Part shown: positions 21,101 through 32,775 of the stretch, piece after piece | How positions within the stretch are numbered: the first letter of the stretch is position 1 | Layout of the letters: every line of letters begins with the position of its first letter | Source: Phoronis australis | Lineage: Eukaryota; Animalia; Phoronida | NCBI GenBank assembly: GCA_002633005.1 | Contig: NMRA01000508.1 | Location: 1-39,352 of the forward strand | Direction: 5' to 3' | DNA: 39,352 bases | Translations under genes and position numbers: made by a program | The notes under the pieces: model-generated | Told to the model about the DNA's origin: nothing | Databases searched by the model: none | What the model saw: the letters and a program-made list of their open reading frames with translations, nothing else

Positions 21101-21888
21101 GACTCATACTACTCAGGGACTAGATAGTGGTCCACAGTCTCTACTGTCTCTGCAGGAGAGACTGTGAAGCTCCTATAGGTGCTTCATTTGCCAGAAGATT
21201 TTCGGCGAATTACGCCTCGCTTTGACTAAAACATCCATGCTACATAGTTATTTATAAACACCTTTTACGCATAGAGGGACACCTTAGGAGGCCGTTGATG
21301 TATGTAATTCCTTCCAACTCGAACAAATACTCCCTCTATCAAGATTTTTCTTCGAGGAGTCCCTTGTTGAGTTCTCATAATTGGTAACTCACCATTTTTA
21401 AGACTGCACAAATTTCTTGCGAAGTGGGTGAAGCAGGACACCGTAAATGTGATTGGGAGAAAGAACAATTCCTCATGGTTTGTTGAACCTCTGTTTTGGG
21501 TAAATTTATTGAGTTTTGTGTTTGCTGGACGGCTGAAGTGAAGTACCCGTGGAATTTCCAGTCGGGAGTGTCATACCTTGTAGTATTTATACAGTGTATT
21601 GGGGATGATCAAAAGCTGAGGACGCCTGTGGTAAAGAAGGTAGTCACTGACTGAAGCCAAGGGCAAGGAGGTTTTTGTTGGTTTTTAGACGTGGCCACGA
21701 CCTATCCAGAGTATTATGCCTTGTCCTGACTAAAACAAAGTCATGTTGGTACTGTCGTATTCGTAGACTAAGTACATGATTATTTACTACAACCATGCTA
21801 AATCATATATAATGGCAAATAAACGAATGAGAAATGTCTCACCTTTAGCATCGAATACAGAAAATGACAACATCCCGGAAGTCGCCAT
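17964..21888 (-). CDS. C12orf57: Protein C10 (C12orf57/GRCC10 orthologue), 3 exons, 119 aa: join(21888-21843, 18713-18537, 18100-17964)
   Basis: Spliced product MATSGMLSFSVFDAKDALTDILGCFRDPSNAGQLEEAKESAGNDMMKTMQTVFPIYTQLQMGVIQKYGFSNDGDGLIQFTQAIKSYEQQDTQVAELNSELRSIIMPRMEAPPPTPNVSV*; matches the remembered C10 pattern (EA...A.NDM.K..Q.V.P..TQ.Q..VI..YGFS.DG.G...F....KSYE.QD); canonical GT-AG, both introns phase 1; 46+177+137=360 nt. Confidence 0.93.
18537..18713 (-). CDS. C12orf57: Protein C10 exon 2
   Basis: Acceptor gtttcag, donor G|gtaatt; overlaps ORF 18439-18708. Confidence 0.93.
18943..19477 (+). mobile_element. Third MITE copy (535 bp) with perfect 10-bp TSD in C10 intron 1; Mutator-like by TSD length
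   Basis: CATAGGTCGG at 18933-18942 and 19478-19487; termini CTTGCTGGTTC / GAACCAGTGAG; body aligns to 2916-3452. Confidence 0.85.
21843..21888 (-). CDS. C12orf57: Protein C10 exon 1 (coding part)
   Basis: ATGGCG start, MATSGMLSFSVFDAK, donor G|gtgaga in the phase exon 2 requires. Confidence 0.85.
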
Positions 21889-22475
21889 ACCTTCAGAAGT
21901 GACACCTAACGGCGTAAAAAGGAGACTGACGGCTGGCCGCTCATCGACGGTGTTTTCCCGTTACTCCCAACTTTGTTCGATTCTATAGCCCAACAACAAG
22001 TTGGGAAGTTTACCCCTGTAGCCAATATCTTACAAAACTGATTAACTCCGTTCTGGCATTTATGGTGGGTGGGCCAGCTCTCTTTTTTCGATAATTGCTC
22101 TAGTCTCCAATTATCTCAGTATTTCTTTTGAAGAGTCGTTTGTAGGGAATTCCCACGTGTGTCAGTAACTTGAAACGCTGCTGTTCAAGTTACTATTTGT
22201 GATGACCGTGAACATGTCGAATGAGAGTACTCAAAGAACTCTCGCAATCATTAGCAAAGATTTCAGCGTTTTTCTTGCCAGTTGGGTTCAAATTTACCTC
22301 ATCATGAACCTTTATACAGTAAGTGCATCTAGTAAAATAGGCAACTGTACACCTTAACAAAAATGCCCTATTTCCCATGTTCCCCTGGTTATCCTTAAAA
22401 AATCTGCAAGCGTGCATGCGGAAATTGCTTATAATTTTCAGTTTTGATAACCAAATTCGTTGGTTTCTGACTGCT

Positions 22476-22751
22476 GTGTGTTTTATATGTAAAGCACTGG
22501 AGCACGATCACCAAAACATGAAGAATATTGAAGAGGCGGCACAGGAAGCAATCGAGGTGCTCACAGCTTTGATGGAGCCGTGGATAGATGCAGTGGATCA
22601 GGCGAAGGCTTTGGCAGATGAACGCAAGAATATTCGCGACGAACTGAACCAAGAAATTCTGACAAAAAAGGTGGAAGAACTTGACAAAAATTTTGATGAT
22701 TTCAAGAAGATTGACGACGAACTGGAAACTAAGAGAAGTAAAGCGATCACT
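22476..22751 (+). pseudogene. Isolated TRIM gene fragment (end of B-box 2 plus coiled coil)
   Basis: Aligns to 30554-30832 with one 3-bp indel; VCFICKALEHDHQNMKNIEEAAQEAIEVLTALMEPW...KRSKAIT; flanks unrelated to the TRIM gene. Confidence 0.9.
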
Positions 22752-23791
22752 TCTTACCAAAAAGCAACAGACAGGGGACACTAATGTGTTAGACGCCATC
22801 ATTTAAAGTTCCCATAGGCTCGAGTTTGGCGAGTGAGATGGTTTGGACTTAAATTCACTAAAATTTCTGTTCGTGATGCATCTAAATGAATCATGATTTT
22901 TGCTCCGGTTACAAAATGTCCCCAAGCCCGCGGATCCTTGCATTCTCTTAGTGAAATTGTCGAACATGTATATGGTGTTACCAGGAAAAATGACTTACTT
23001 TTTGGCAATAAAAATGAGCCTGTCTGTTGAAAAAATCAAAACTTTGTGAAAACTCCTAAACTCTTGCCTAGTTTGAATTCCAAACAGCTCGAGTACGGGA
23101 AAGGGGTGGGAATTTTGCAACCTGAAATACACAAGGGATGCTTGCTGGCAAAACGAACAAAAAACGACTTTTAATTACTGAGATTTGACTCAAGACTTTG
23201 AGCTCTAAATCTAAAGCCAGCTTTGGTACGCACACAAAAATATTTCTGTTTGTAAGACTGTTTTACTAGCAAAATTAAGAATTTCGAAGTTAGAAAAATA
23301 TTTATTGAGGAAAAAATTCACTGCCTTCAGGACTCGGGGCAAAAAAGTCATACTCGAAACTCGACTTGAAAACTGACCACTTGCAATCCTACAGACTTAT
23401 ACTCGGAGCACCTGAGGCCAAGAATCTATGTTTCCAAAGGTGACATGCAACGTTGTCAGTTCGTTTTTTAGTTGAAACTTCGGTCTTCCGTTGAATCGTT
23501 GGTAGGAACAGTTTCGGCTAGAACAGTAGTTTTACAGAAATTGCATGTTGCTGTCATGGCATCCGTCGAACAAACTACCTCCACAAACATAGACAAACAC
23601 GAGTAAGTCTACCCGACCAGCCTTGATTCCAGCGAATGACTGACAGAAACTCTTTTGATTCTTGGTACATGTATGTTTTTCCTAGATACCCTATATAATA
23701 TTGTTTGTGTCACTGGGTGTTCCTATTTATTCGCAAACCGACGGAAAACACGAAAAAATACGATTTCATCTTTGCTCAGATGATATTCATG

Positions 23792-26110
23792 CAGTGGCGG
23801 ATCTACGTTTTCAGTAAGGGGGGGTTAGGATTCCCGCCAAGGTCGAATCCGAGGCGCGAGGCGCCGAGCGGGAGGAGGTCGAGAGGGGGGTTTCCCTCCA
23901 TTCGTGTAAGACAATTTTCTGTTTTTGTAGCCAAACAGCGAAATTTCCATGCATCCTGGCAAGTTTCTGGCAGTTAACATGTCTCTGGAGTTTTTCTTTA
24001 GATAATTTAAAACCCTTCTCAATTTCGTCACATGAACTTGGCTCAAAACTTTCGTGAAACCAAATTTGTGCACATTTGGGTATGAGTCACGCCACCAGCA
24101 AAAATTTTTGTTGGAACATCTGCTTACACACACCTACATGTATTTTAGCATACAAAAAGTCGTATACGAAAAAGTGTAGTTTGTATACAGGGGCTTAGGC
24201 AACTACCAAATATTCAAGAGCATATGGAGCACCGACGGGGCGTAAAAACTTGAATATCAGATGATCGCGTAACAGCAACCTCAAGTTGTTCAAGAACGAA
24301 AAGCGTAGTCCGGAAATAAACATGTATTCTGTCTCGTTACGAGAAAAAAACAGTGAACGATGGTGCTCTCAGCTCATAGTCTATTATTAAAAGCGACAAT
24401 GAACAATTAAGTATCACTTAATTTATTAAACTGAATCGCATTGACAACAATTGAAAAACGTCAAATGTATCATGAAGCAAATCATCTGAAAACAGTTTCA
24501 CGAAAACAAAACGTTCTGTACACCTTGGTGAAAAGATGTACAGGACCAGTTCGCAGAGGGACCAGATGTACACTGAATGTACACAAAAAGGCTGGCCCAA
24601 AAGTACATGTACACCTGTGCTTATTATCCCTATAAAAATAGTCGATCTGCCGCGGGACCAAACACTACTGGTTGAGATAAATAGTTTTACAAAGCACACT
24701 TTGGTAAACATCACAAGACTCTACACAAATCAAACTGGCCTGGTCCGTCGCGAGACCTAAAGTTCATTACGCAAAAAGTCTTGATTTGAAAACCTTTCTT
24801 TAGACTCTTTTTAATCACCAGTGGATGCTCATACAGTGTACGTGTACTTTACACATCTGGTGGTCAACTACTGCGAGGGGTTGTTTAGGAAGGGTTTTCG
24901 CACCGTTCAGTAGTACTCACTGGAAGAAACAAGTATTGAAAACAAATTTAACAACGCACTACGTGAAATAGATTTTGGATATGAAGCAGATAGAGCCAAA
25001 TACAAACCAGAATCAGTTTCTGTGCGCTCGTAGACCCTCAGCTGTACTGGGAAAATTTGTCGTGTCTAAAAATAATTTCTATTTCGTTTTCATTGTACGC
25101 AAGCATAAAAAACCGACATTACACACAAACTGTGTAGAATTATAACTCATTACCTGGGTGTTTCTCCAGTAACGTTAGTCCTATCCTTCTGTTGTCTAGA
25201 CTACCGAGGAATCTGTATATCGGATCCAATGGTTTGCTCGTCTTGGAACCATTCTAGCCAGACATCTTCGATGTTTGTTCCCAACGCCTGCACTTCGTCA
25301 ACTGCTGTGTCAATGAGCTTGTAAGCCTCTACAATGTCAGCATCTCGTTTCGCAGCTCAGTTGGCACTAAGCGCCCTGAGGTTGCCAAATCCAATCAAAA
25401 GACTTACATGCGCAACAAAATTTGATCCGTTCATCATGGACTACTTCAAACCTTGACGATGTATCCCAGGACCAATTTGCATCTCTTGCAATTTTCGAAA
25501 TAAGCGTCCCAATGTCTTAACGCTTGAAACCCGAAGTACTAACATCAAATAAATGCCCATGGGCATCTTCGTTTCATCGGGTGGGCCTTTCTGCTGAAAA
25601 TCCCAGTATAGAAGACGGCAGTGTGCTTACTGCAGGTACTGTAGAAAGACTGTAGGTGTTGAGGTCGGAACTAGGGCTCCTTTGGAGGCCTACTGAACAT
25701 CGCACGAGTCCTGCAAGACTTTGTTGTGAAAGTACAGCCTCCCCGTAATTTCTGGTACTGTACCCTGTTCTCGAATGCGGTCACTTTGTCTATGTGAGTG
25801 CCCCCTTGGTCATTCCTTGTATAGACATAACTTGTTAAAGTGCATCTTCAAACGGACTGGCGATCAGACCACGGCGCGTTTTGCCGATGATCCAAGACTC
25901 GAAATGCTTTGATTTTAATATCAGCAAATCACAATGCAAAAAATTATATTTTCAGAGTGAACCCCCTCCCTCAATTGTTTCCAAGTTGGTTCGGGTGCAC
26001 ACACGTTGGCGGTGCCGTTTTTGTTTTGCTGGAGACGTTTTTTTTTTACTTTTGGATCCTATCCCAAGGGGGGGGTTAAGCCCCCTGAACCCCCCATAGA
26101 TCCGCCGCTG
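23792..26110 (-). mobile_element. Internally deleted hAT transposon
   Basis: TIRs CAGTGGCGGATCTA / TAGATCCGCCGCTG; internal transposase remnant at 25154-25490; no TSD match. Confidence 0.7.
25154..25490 (-). pseudogene. hAT transposase remnant (Tip100 / P52rIPK-THAP12-like)
   Basis: DANWSWDTSS ... FVAHVSLLIGFGNLRALSAN*AAKRDADIVEAYKLIDTAVDEVQALGTNIEDVWLEWFQ...IQIPR*SRQQKDRTNVTGETP followed by a gtaatg donor; matches the PL..KLQ....DI..AY..I / PR...RQ..R.N....P pattern. Confidence 0.7.
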
Positions 26111-27038
26111 TACACAGATCATACAATGGAGTTATATACGTATGCATATGCAGGTCTCGTGCCGATTACTCCAACGAAATCTTTTGTGTGCTACAGGACA
26201 CTTCGCTTGAACACGCGGCGCTTTTGAGCTTTAACCACAAACCACGTTGCATGCTTTTGAGCTAAGTAATCTTAACTTTATCCACTGCGTAAGTTTTAGA
26301 ACAAAATGAAAATCGTTTTCTCCAATCTGACGTTTTATTCAAGAAAAAAGGGCGTTCTGGTTCTCGGGTGAAGCATCATAACTAGCCTTTTAGGCTGCAA
26401 AGCAGTATACATGTACTAAATATACAACTTGGCGCCGATGTGGGTAAAACACTGAACATATAAAATCTTCACCGAATTAGTGTTATTAACGACACTCTTT
26501 CTTGAGTAAACTAAATTATTTATCTGCGCTCGCCGGGAAAAATTGTCGTTCTGTCGTTATTCTGCTGCTAAAATTGAGATGCGTTCTTTTAGGTCGGCTT
26601 ACATTGACCAGTTCCTTATTTTTCACCGTTCAGTCAGCTCTTCTCTTCTACGAGGTTGCGTACATGGCACAACAAATTATCGGAACTGGTTTCATTTCGT
26701 CGTAAGTTTTTAGTATTTTAATACCAGCAAATCGAATTTCACAGGCAGAACAAATCGTGCTGCTGCGAAGTTGAGTCATCATCTTCCGAAAGATGTCGCA
26801 AAGTTTTAGGACATGTCGCGTGCTCATGTCACGAGCGCGACAGACTTTTTGTTACATTTGGCAAACAAATGACTTTCATTAGATTGTTTTTCACTCAAGT
26901 GGCTGCAACCTGCAAGGTGAGTGTTGGTTGACTCCCAGATTTTGCATGCGCCGGCTCCGCCCGCTAGCGCTACATGTTGATATAAGTTTCACGACGAGGT
27001 GACGAGCAGAACTACATGATGTACATGTATAACCCGGC

Positions 27039-27348
27039 GGTGAGAAATTTCGGGGATGTAACGGAGCTCAATAACGCAGTGCTACCAAGCTTTATTTTGG
27101 CGAGTCTTTACACAGCTAGCTGACCGGTAACGTAATCACAAGCAGTGTCATACAAAGACATTGGTAACTACATATTGCCCGGCGGTCATGTTTAGTCCCC
27201 GGCGGTCCTGTTTTCTCTGGTGGGGCGGTCAAGTTTGTAGGTGTGTCAGTCCCATTTTCTGGTGCGACGGTCCCATTTGATCCCCGGAGGTCCTTTTTTG
27301 GGTGAGTCAGTCCGATTTAGAGGACCGGCGTTCATGTTATTTCTCACC
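27039..27348. repeat. Degenerate 20-23 bp tandem array inside short inverted repeats (probable MITE subterminal array)
   Basis: About 8 units with core G.CGGTC..(G/A)TTT at 27181-27340; bracketed by GGTGAGAAAT / ATTTCTCACC. Confidence 0.55.
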
Positions 27349-29733
27349 CGTGACCATGAGTCTAAAATCCCCGTGTCTCCTGTCATAAATCGTCACCTCT
27401 GCAAATCCCCACGCCCTCGGGTATGGCGTAGAACGCTCCAATGCGGTAATTGCGTAGCCGCACTGCGATTGGACCTTTCAACTAGACAACAAAAAAACCC
27501 TTTTTTCAAAACGCACTGGACCATTGGCCCACAGTTCATTATATTAACGGTTTTCCGCTCTTTGCCAATTTGGGTTGTAGTTGGGCGATTTTGACGATTC
27601 AAAAACTAAACATGATCACCATTTGATGAGGATTTCAGAAATGCTATTGGTTTTGTTTAAATGTGTTACAACTTAACGTGTATTTTAGACAGCAAAGCCC
27701 AGTCGCTATATACGACTCTTATTGGAGATTAGAGCTATTAACTAACAAAAGACGGAGCTGGACCTCCAGCCATGAATGCCAGAATGGAGTTAATCAGTCG
27801 TGTAAGATATTGGCTGCAGGGATCATCTTCCCAACCTGTTGTTCGGCTATAGAATCGAACAAGTTGGAAGCAACGGGAAAACGCCGTAATGCATTGTGGT
27901 TATAGATATTTCCGTAAGTCTGCAAGGACATTACAATCAAATGGAAAGTGTATCTCTGTTACAATTTTTAAAATTTTACAAATAGAAAACCTTTCAGGTC
28001 AACTGATGTAAATTGTTTCTTCTACGCAACTCAGTCATAAGATAATGCGTCGAACACCTCCAATTTTCATGGCGAATACTCCATTTAAAGACAGGCTACT
28101 ACATTAAGTGTTGTCGTTTATGTTAACTTATGTTAATTCAGGTTTAACTGAAAGGTAAGAATTACCTTTATCCGAATTTGCAAATGAAGACGACCACAAC
28201 TGAAAATTCATATCCCTCAGTCTTGCTTTAAAGAACTTAAAATGTTAATTTCATCACAAACTCTGTGTTGAACCCTAACACAGCCAAACCCAGCTGAAAA
28301 TGATACATTTTTAGCTGAGGTACAACAGTTCTTTTGACATTTCAAAACGTTTTCACGCAGCAATATGTTAAATATACACTTTCACACTGCTACAAACCAC
28401 TTTTCAGTATACATTAGTAGGTGGAGCTGTGTCAGAGGGTATATGTTAAACTGCCTTAGAACCGGCTTGTCTCCTGCACGGACCCTCCAGATTGCAACCA
28501 AACGTTATCTGTGACGTCAGAGTGTGAGAAGCTGGGAACCAGGCCAATTTTCTTTCCAGGTGCGAGGGCACTCTACATTCAGATGGAGATAGCGGCGCCA
28601 TCTGTGTACGTGATTCGTTTGTCATGTGATTACTGTTCTGAAACGCGGAAATATCAGAGTCCCCACTGTAGATGATGTAGTTATCCATAAATTGCAAGGT
28701 GATTAATATGCGCGTAGCACGTGACACGAAAGGTTTTGTTGATTGGCCACTTGGGTGAGCTGGGGGGTGAGGTGGGCTGGAGGTGTTTGGCTTTTAGGCG
28801 ATCAATCCCGCCACATCCTAAATCTACACCACAGCGTACAGACGTGCCTTTCAAACCTGTTGGACTGCTGGGTGGAGCTTTTCCATTCTCAGGTTTGTAA
28901 AACCATTTTGTAAAACGTTTTGTTGTTTAACGTCTCAACCTTTTTTCGAAACTTAAGTGCCACACGCCATGATCGATACTTGCCAACTGATTATTTGTCA
29001 CGCCGTCCCGCCACGTCATCAAATCGTCCTGCTTTTACATCAGGGTGAGATGCATTTATTATACATTACTAAAATACTCCACGCCGGCGACCCCGGCTAC
29101 ATGTACGTGCTAGTTGGCGACGGGTTTAGGGAGTTACAGCAACCGTAAATTTCTCTCTCACTGCGGCTGGTGTTTCAACCTCATTTGCGTCCGACTGCTC
29201 TTTTTATCGAAAAGTGCCTCGTCAGCTCGGGTTCCTGATCCTTACTCTCACACAATGGACACTGCATGAGTTCACGAAGGCACTAGTCAAATACTGGCCT
29301 CTCAGTGGATGAAACTGAATCCACACCTTTAAGGCTCGGTGAGCGCTTGTTTAATATGTGCTGCACGTGCGACTGTAAATGTTTGCAATTGCACAGTTCT
29401 GTCACTATTGATTTAATCAAAGTTATCCCCTCTTTGAATCATTGTACAACCATTTCCCGAACTTACATGTAAATGTTAACCCGGAGAGCCGGTGGTCTAA
29501 CTTGGGCATCTCAATATTTTTCAAAATGAAATTCATACAACTACATGAATTTGGATGTTCATTTCACAATTGCAATCGCTTCCTTCGGATTATTCTGTTC
29601 ATTACATGTAGTTTCGTGTTCACTGAGACTTGAATTCTTCAAGATGTAGACGTACAATCAGGAGGTGATATCTATTCCTGGTACAATGCATAAGTATCAG
29701 GAAGGTCACGAACAAGCCCTGATTTTGGACTGG

Positions 29734-29771
29734 TGACTCACCATTTCTTGGTATCGGTTTCGATAAGATAA
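29734..29771 (+). promoter_or_regulatory. Candidate regulatory motifs upstream of the TRIM gene (AP-1, IRF-like, GATA)
   Basis: TGACTCA 29734-29740; GAAACCGATA on minus strand 29752-29761; GATAAGATAA 29762-29771. Short motifs, could be chance. Confidence 0.25.
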
Positions 29772-30022
29772 ACGTGTTTTGTTTGTGTTGTCAAAACAGA
29801 TGGTTTTCACACGAACAGTCGGTCCTAGTGACGGCATGGCATAGCACGTACAAATAGTACAATTTCAGTTTTTAATGTTGTAAATTAACTTGAAGTCTTT
29901 GAAAATTGAAAAGTGCTAAGCTTAACTTCAGCAATGTTGTGGGACGCTTATCGATTCATTGGCTCAGTTTGTGAAATAATAACTAAAATAATTCTACTCT
30001 TCAGGTCACTGACCAATAGAAT

Positions 30023-31999
30023 ATGGCTATCAGCTCCAAGGACGCAGACGACATTCGAAGGCTGTTAGAATGCCCCATCTGCTTAGAAAGGCCAAAAACA
30101 CCACGCCAACTTCCGTGTATACACACTTTCTGTCATGAATGTTTGCAAAAATTTATTGACCAAGGAGGCAAAGGCGGCGAGTTTTCGTGTCCGCGATGCA
30201 ATCGACTTTTCGACATCCCGAAAGATGGCGCTGCTGGTTTTGCCTTCAATCATTTCATCAATCACCTGAATGACTGTGTTCCTAAAACGACCAATGTCTT
30301 CTGCTATGTCTGTCATCTCAAGGGATCCACAGTAGGGGCAGATTTCATGTGTATACAGTGCGCACATCACTTGTGTAAAAAGTGTGCGGACGTTCACTGT
30401 CAGACTGCAATCACTTTAACCCACAAAGTGGTCAGTTTGGAGGAAGTCGCAGCTGGCATGCATTTTGAGGCGATACGTGAACACCAAACAGTGTGTTGCT
30501 CAAAACATCCCGGCAAGTTGCTTGAACTTTACTGTGATCAATGCAAAACACCAGTGTGTTTTATGTGTAAAGCACTGGAGCACGATCACCACAAGATGAA
30601 GAATATTGAAGAGGCGGCACAGGAAGCAATCGAGGTGCTCACAGCTTTGATGGAGCCCTGGGTAGACGCAGTGGATCACGCGAAGGCTTTGTCAGATCAA
30701 CGCAAGAATGTTCGCGAGGAACTGAACCAAGAACTTTTAATGCAAAAGGTTGAAGAACTTGGCAAAATTTTTGATGATTTCAAGAAGAAGATTGATGACG
30801 AACTGGAATCTAAGAGAAGTGAAGCGATCACTAAACTGACCGAAAAGTTCGAGTCGGTCCAAAAACAAAGTCAAGCAGCTTACGAAGCGGCTGAACACAG
30901 TCGACTGTCTCTGATGAGTACATTGAGATACGCCAAGAGACTGGTTGAAAGAGCGCATCCGGCTGAAACAACTCTACAGTACCATGACATGGCCGCCACT
31001 CTGACATCGTTAGATATCAGTCAGTTCGAAATTAATGTTGACAGGCATGTGTTTAACTTTGTACCACCTGAACTGTCAGTACCTAACGTGTCTGTTGATA
31101 GTGAATCTACTGTAGAATCACAAACAATGAACAAAAAACTGTCACAATTTCATCTTTTATCCAAATCACCCATTCAGCCTGCCACTCCGCCACTGAACGT
31201 TAAAGAACCTGCAGGCAGTGTTGGTAGTTTTACTAGCCGCGGTGAGGGGGATAGAGGATCTGTGTGTTTTGGACTGGCAGTTTGTGATGGGGGACTTGTT
31301 GTAACAGACTTATACAACAAAACTGTGAAAGTATTCGACAAAGACAACTTTAAACTAAAGTTGAAGTTACAACAAACTCGTCACAAACTGCAAAGGCCGT
31401 GTGATGGGACATGTCACAAAGATGGTGACATCTTTATCACCGACCTCGGCATTAAGGGTGTTGTCAGGTATGATGCCCGTGGTGAGGTGGTGAAGGTATG
31501 TCGTGATGTGTATAAAGACCAGGGCTTTGTTACATGTCACGGTGACAGACTGGTTGTGTGTGATTCAGGCGGGGGACGGGTGCTTATAACTGATCTGGAA
31601 TGTAATATTCACCAACAGTTGGACGGCCACACCCTGGGGCTGAGTAAGTTCACACCACGGTATGTGTGTATGGACAACCGTGGTCAGTTGGTGGTCAGTG
31701 AGTGTAAGCCAGGTCGTGTCCATGTAATAGACCCGACACGGCCGGCCGTTGTATCCACACTACACCATCAACTGGGTGTGTGGCCGTGCGGTGTGTGTGT
31801 AGATCCACACGGTCACATTCTGGTGGCAGACGACGGCAATGATCAGGTACTTTTATATAACAACACACGTGCACACGTGATCGTACCCCCTGGTGGTGTC
31901 CAGTATCCAACTGGTTTATGTCTCCCGGCCCCGGGTCAGGTGTCTGTAGTGGAGCGTTATACAGGCGTGGTGAAGACATTTCAGTACTTGGAGAAATAA
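30023..31999 (+). CDS. Tripartite-motif (TRIM-NHL) E3 ubiquitin ligase, TRIM2/3/56/71-like architecture, 658 aa
   Basis: C3HC4 RING (CPIC..LPCIHTFCHECL..CPRC), B-box 1 (CYVC..CIQC..LCKKCADVH), B-box 2 (CSKH..LYCDQC..VCFMC..EH..H), coiled coil, NHL beta-propeller repeats (LVVTDLYNKTVKVFD, PCGVCVDPHGHILVADDGNDQV). Uninterrupted ORF; acceptor ctcttcag at 30004 implies an upstream non-coding exon. Confidence 0.95.
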   Translation: MAISSKDADDIRRLLECPICLERPKTPRQLPCIHTFCHECLQKFIDQGGKGGEFSCPRCNRLFDIPKDGAAGFAFNHFINHLNDCVPKTTNVFCYVCHLKGSTVGADFMCIQCAHHLCKKCADVHCQTAITLTHKVVSLEEVAAGMHFEAIREHQTVCCSKHPGKLLELYCDQCKTPVCFMCKALEHDHHKMKNIEEAAQEAIEVLTALMEPWVDAVDHAKALSDQRKNVREELNQELLMQKVEELGKIFDDFKKKIDDELESKRSEAITKLTEKFESVQKQSQAAYEAAEHSRLSLMSTLRYAKRLVERAHPAETTLQYHDMAATLTSLDISQFEINVDRHVFNFVPPELSVPNVSVDSESTVESQTMNKKLSQFHLLSKSPIQPATPPLNVKEPAGSVGSFTSRGEGDRGSVCFGLAVCDGGLVVTDLYNKTVKVFDKDNFKLKLKLQQTRHKLQRPCDGTCHKDGDIFITDLGIKGVVRYDARGEVVKVCRDVYKDQGFVTCHGDRLVVCDSGGGRVLITDLECNIHQQLDGHTLGLSKFTPRYVCMDNRGQLVVSECKPGRVHVIDPTRPAVVSTLHHQLGVWPCGVCVDPHGHILVADDGNDQVLLYNNTRAHVIVPPGGVQYPTGLCLPAPGQVSVVERYTGVVKTFQYLEK

Positions 32000-32243
32000 G
32001 GTTATGTAGTACTGAACAACACGCGATGTGCAAATATACAATGTACATGTAATATGAATCATAACCACGGCGGTATTTTTATAACTATAGAATACCTGTG
32101 GTCTTCGGAGTTTGATGAGTGTTTTTGAACGATGATAAGGTTTATAAACCTTATCATCGTTTTGTGTAGATGGGTTCAACCATAGTTAGATGATTGGTGG
32201 TAATTAGTTTCAACTGGTGACATATGTTTAAGTTGTTTATCTT

Positions 32244-32249
32244 AATAAA
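32244..32249 (+). terminator. Candidate polyadenylation signal of the TRIM gene
   Basis: AATAAA ~245 nt after the stop, followed by GT/T-rich sequence. Confidence 0.5.
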
Positions 32250-32508
32250 CTTGTAACGCTGCACTGCTCTTGTAGTTTCATGTATGTCTCAGTTTGACGT
32301 GTACAATTGGGTGCGCTGTTGGGCATTTTGCGATTGAAAAACAATCACTTCCGAATGCCGATTAATTTTGATTGGAATTTTTTCTGAAAAAATTGGCTCA
32401 TAAAGATTGATCTTGGACTTGACGGACTCTGGGTATTACGAAGTGCCAACTTTTACATTATTAAAAATTCTATTTTGAAACATATTTTGTGACGGCGGTA
32501 GACTTGCA

Positions 32509-32528
32509 TACATGTACATGTACATGTA
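32509..32528. repeat. TA(CATGTA)3 tandem array
   Basis: tacatgtacatgtacatgta; a second identical array at 34782-34801. Confidence 0.85.
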
Positions 32529-32775
32529 TATAGCTAGTGCAAGCTCTTTAGTGTGCACGTCACAGTATTAATTTTGATGTATTTCATATTTGCTGCTTAA
32601 GGTTGTTGAATCCTAGTCGATTTGCATTTTTGGTTGATTTAAATTGTTTGGTGTTGAAACTAGACAAGATCTTACCGATTTTTGTATTTTTCAGATTATT
32701 TTGGGAATAATGCAATTGTTGATAGCCCAGAGAATACAATGACAGGCGACGTTTTTTCTTAAAAAATCTACTTAC

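Noticed and set aside
27181-27340. CRISPR-like array
   Set aside because: Units are degenerate and only 20-23 bp in total, with no unique 25-40 bp spacers or cas genes; context is eukaryotic.
29200-29282. RING-like peptide CLRELMQCPLCESK on the minus strand
   Set aside because: Only one CxxC pair, preceded by a stop; cannot be told from chance.
30083-32179. Minus-strand ORFs overlapping the TRIM gene
   Set aside because: Antisense shadows of a real CDS with no recognisable motifs.
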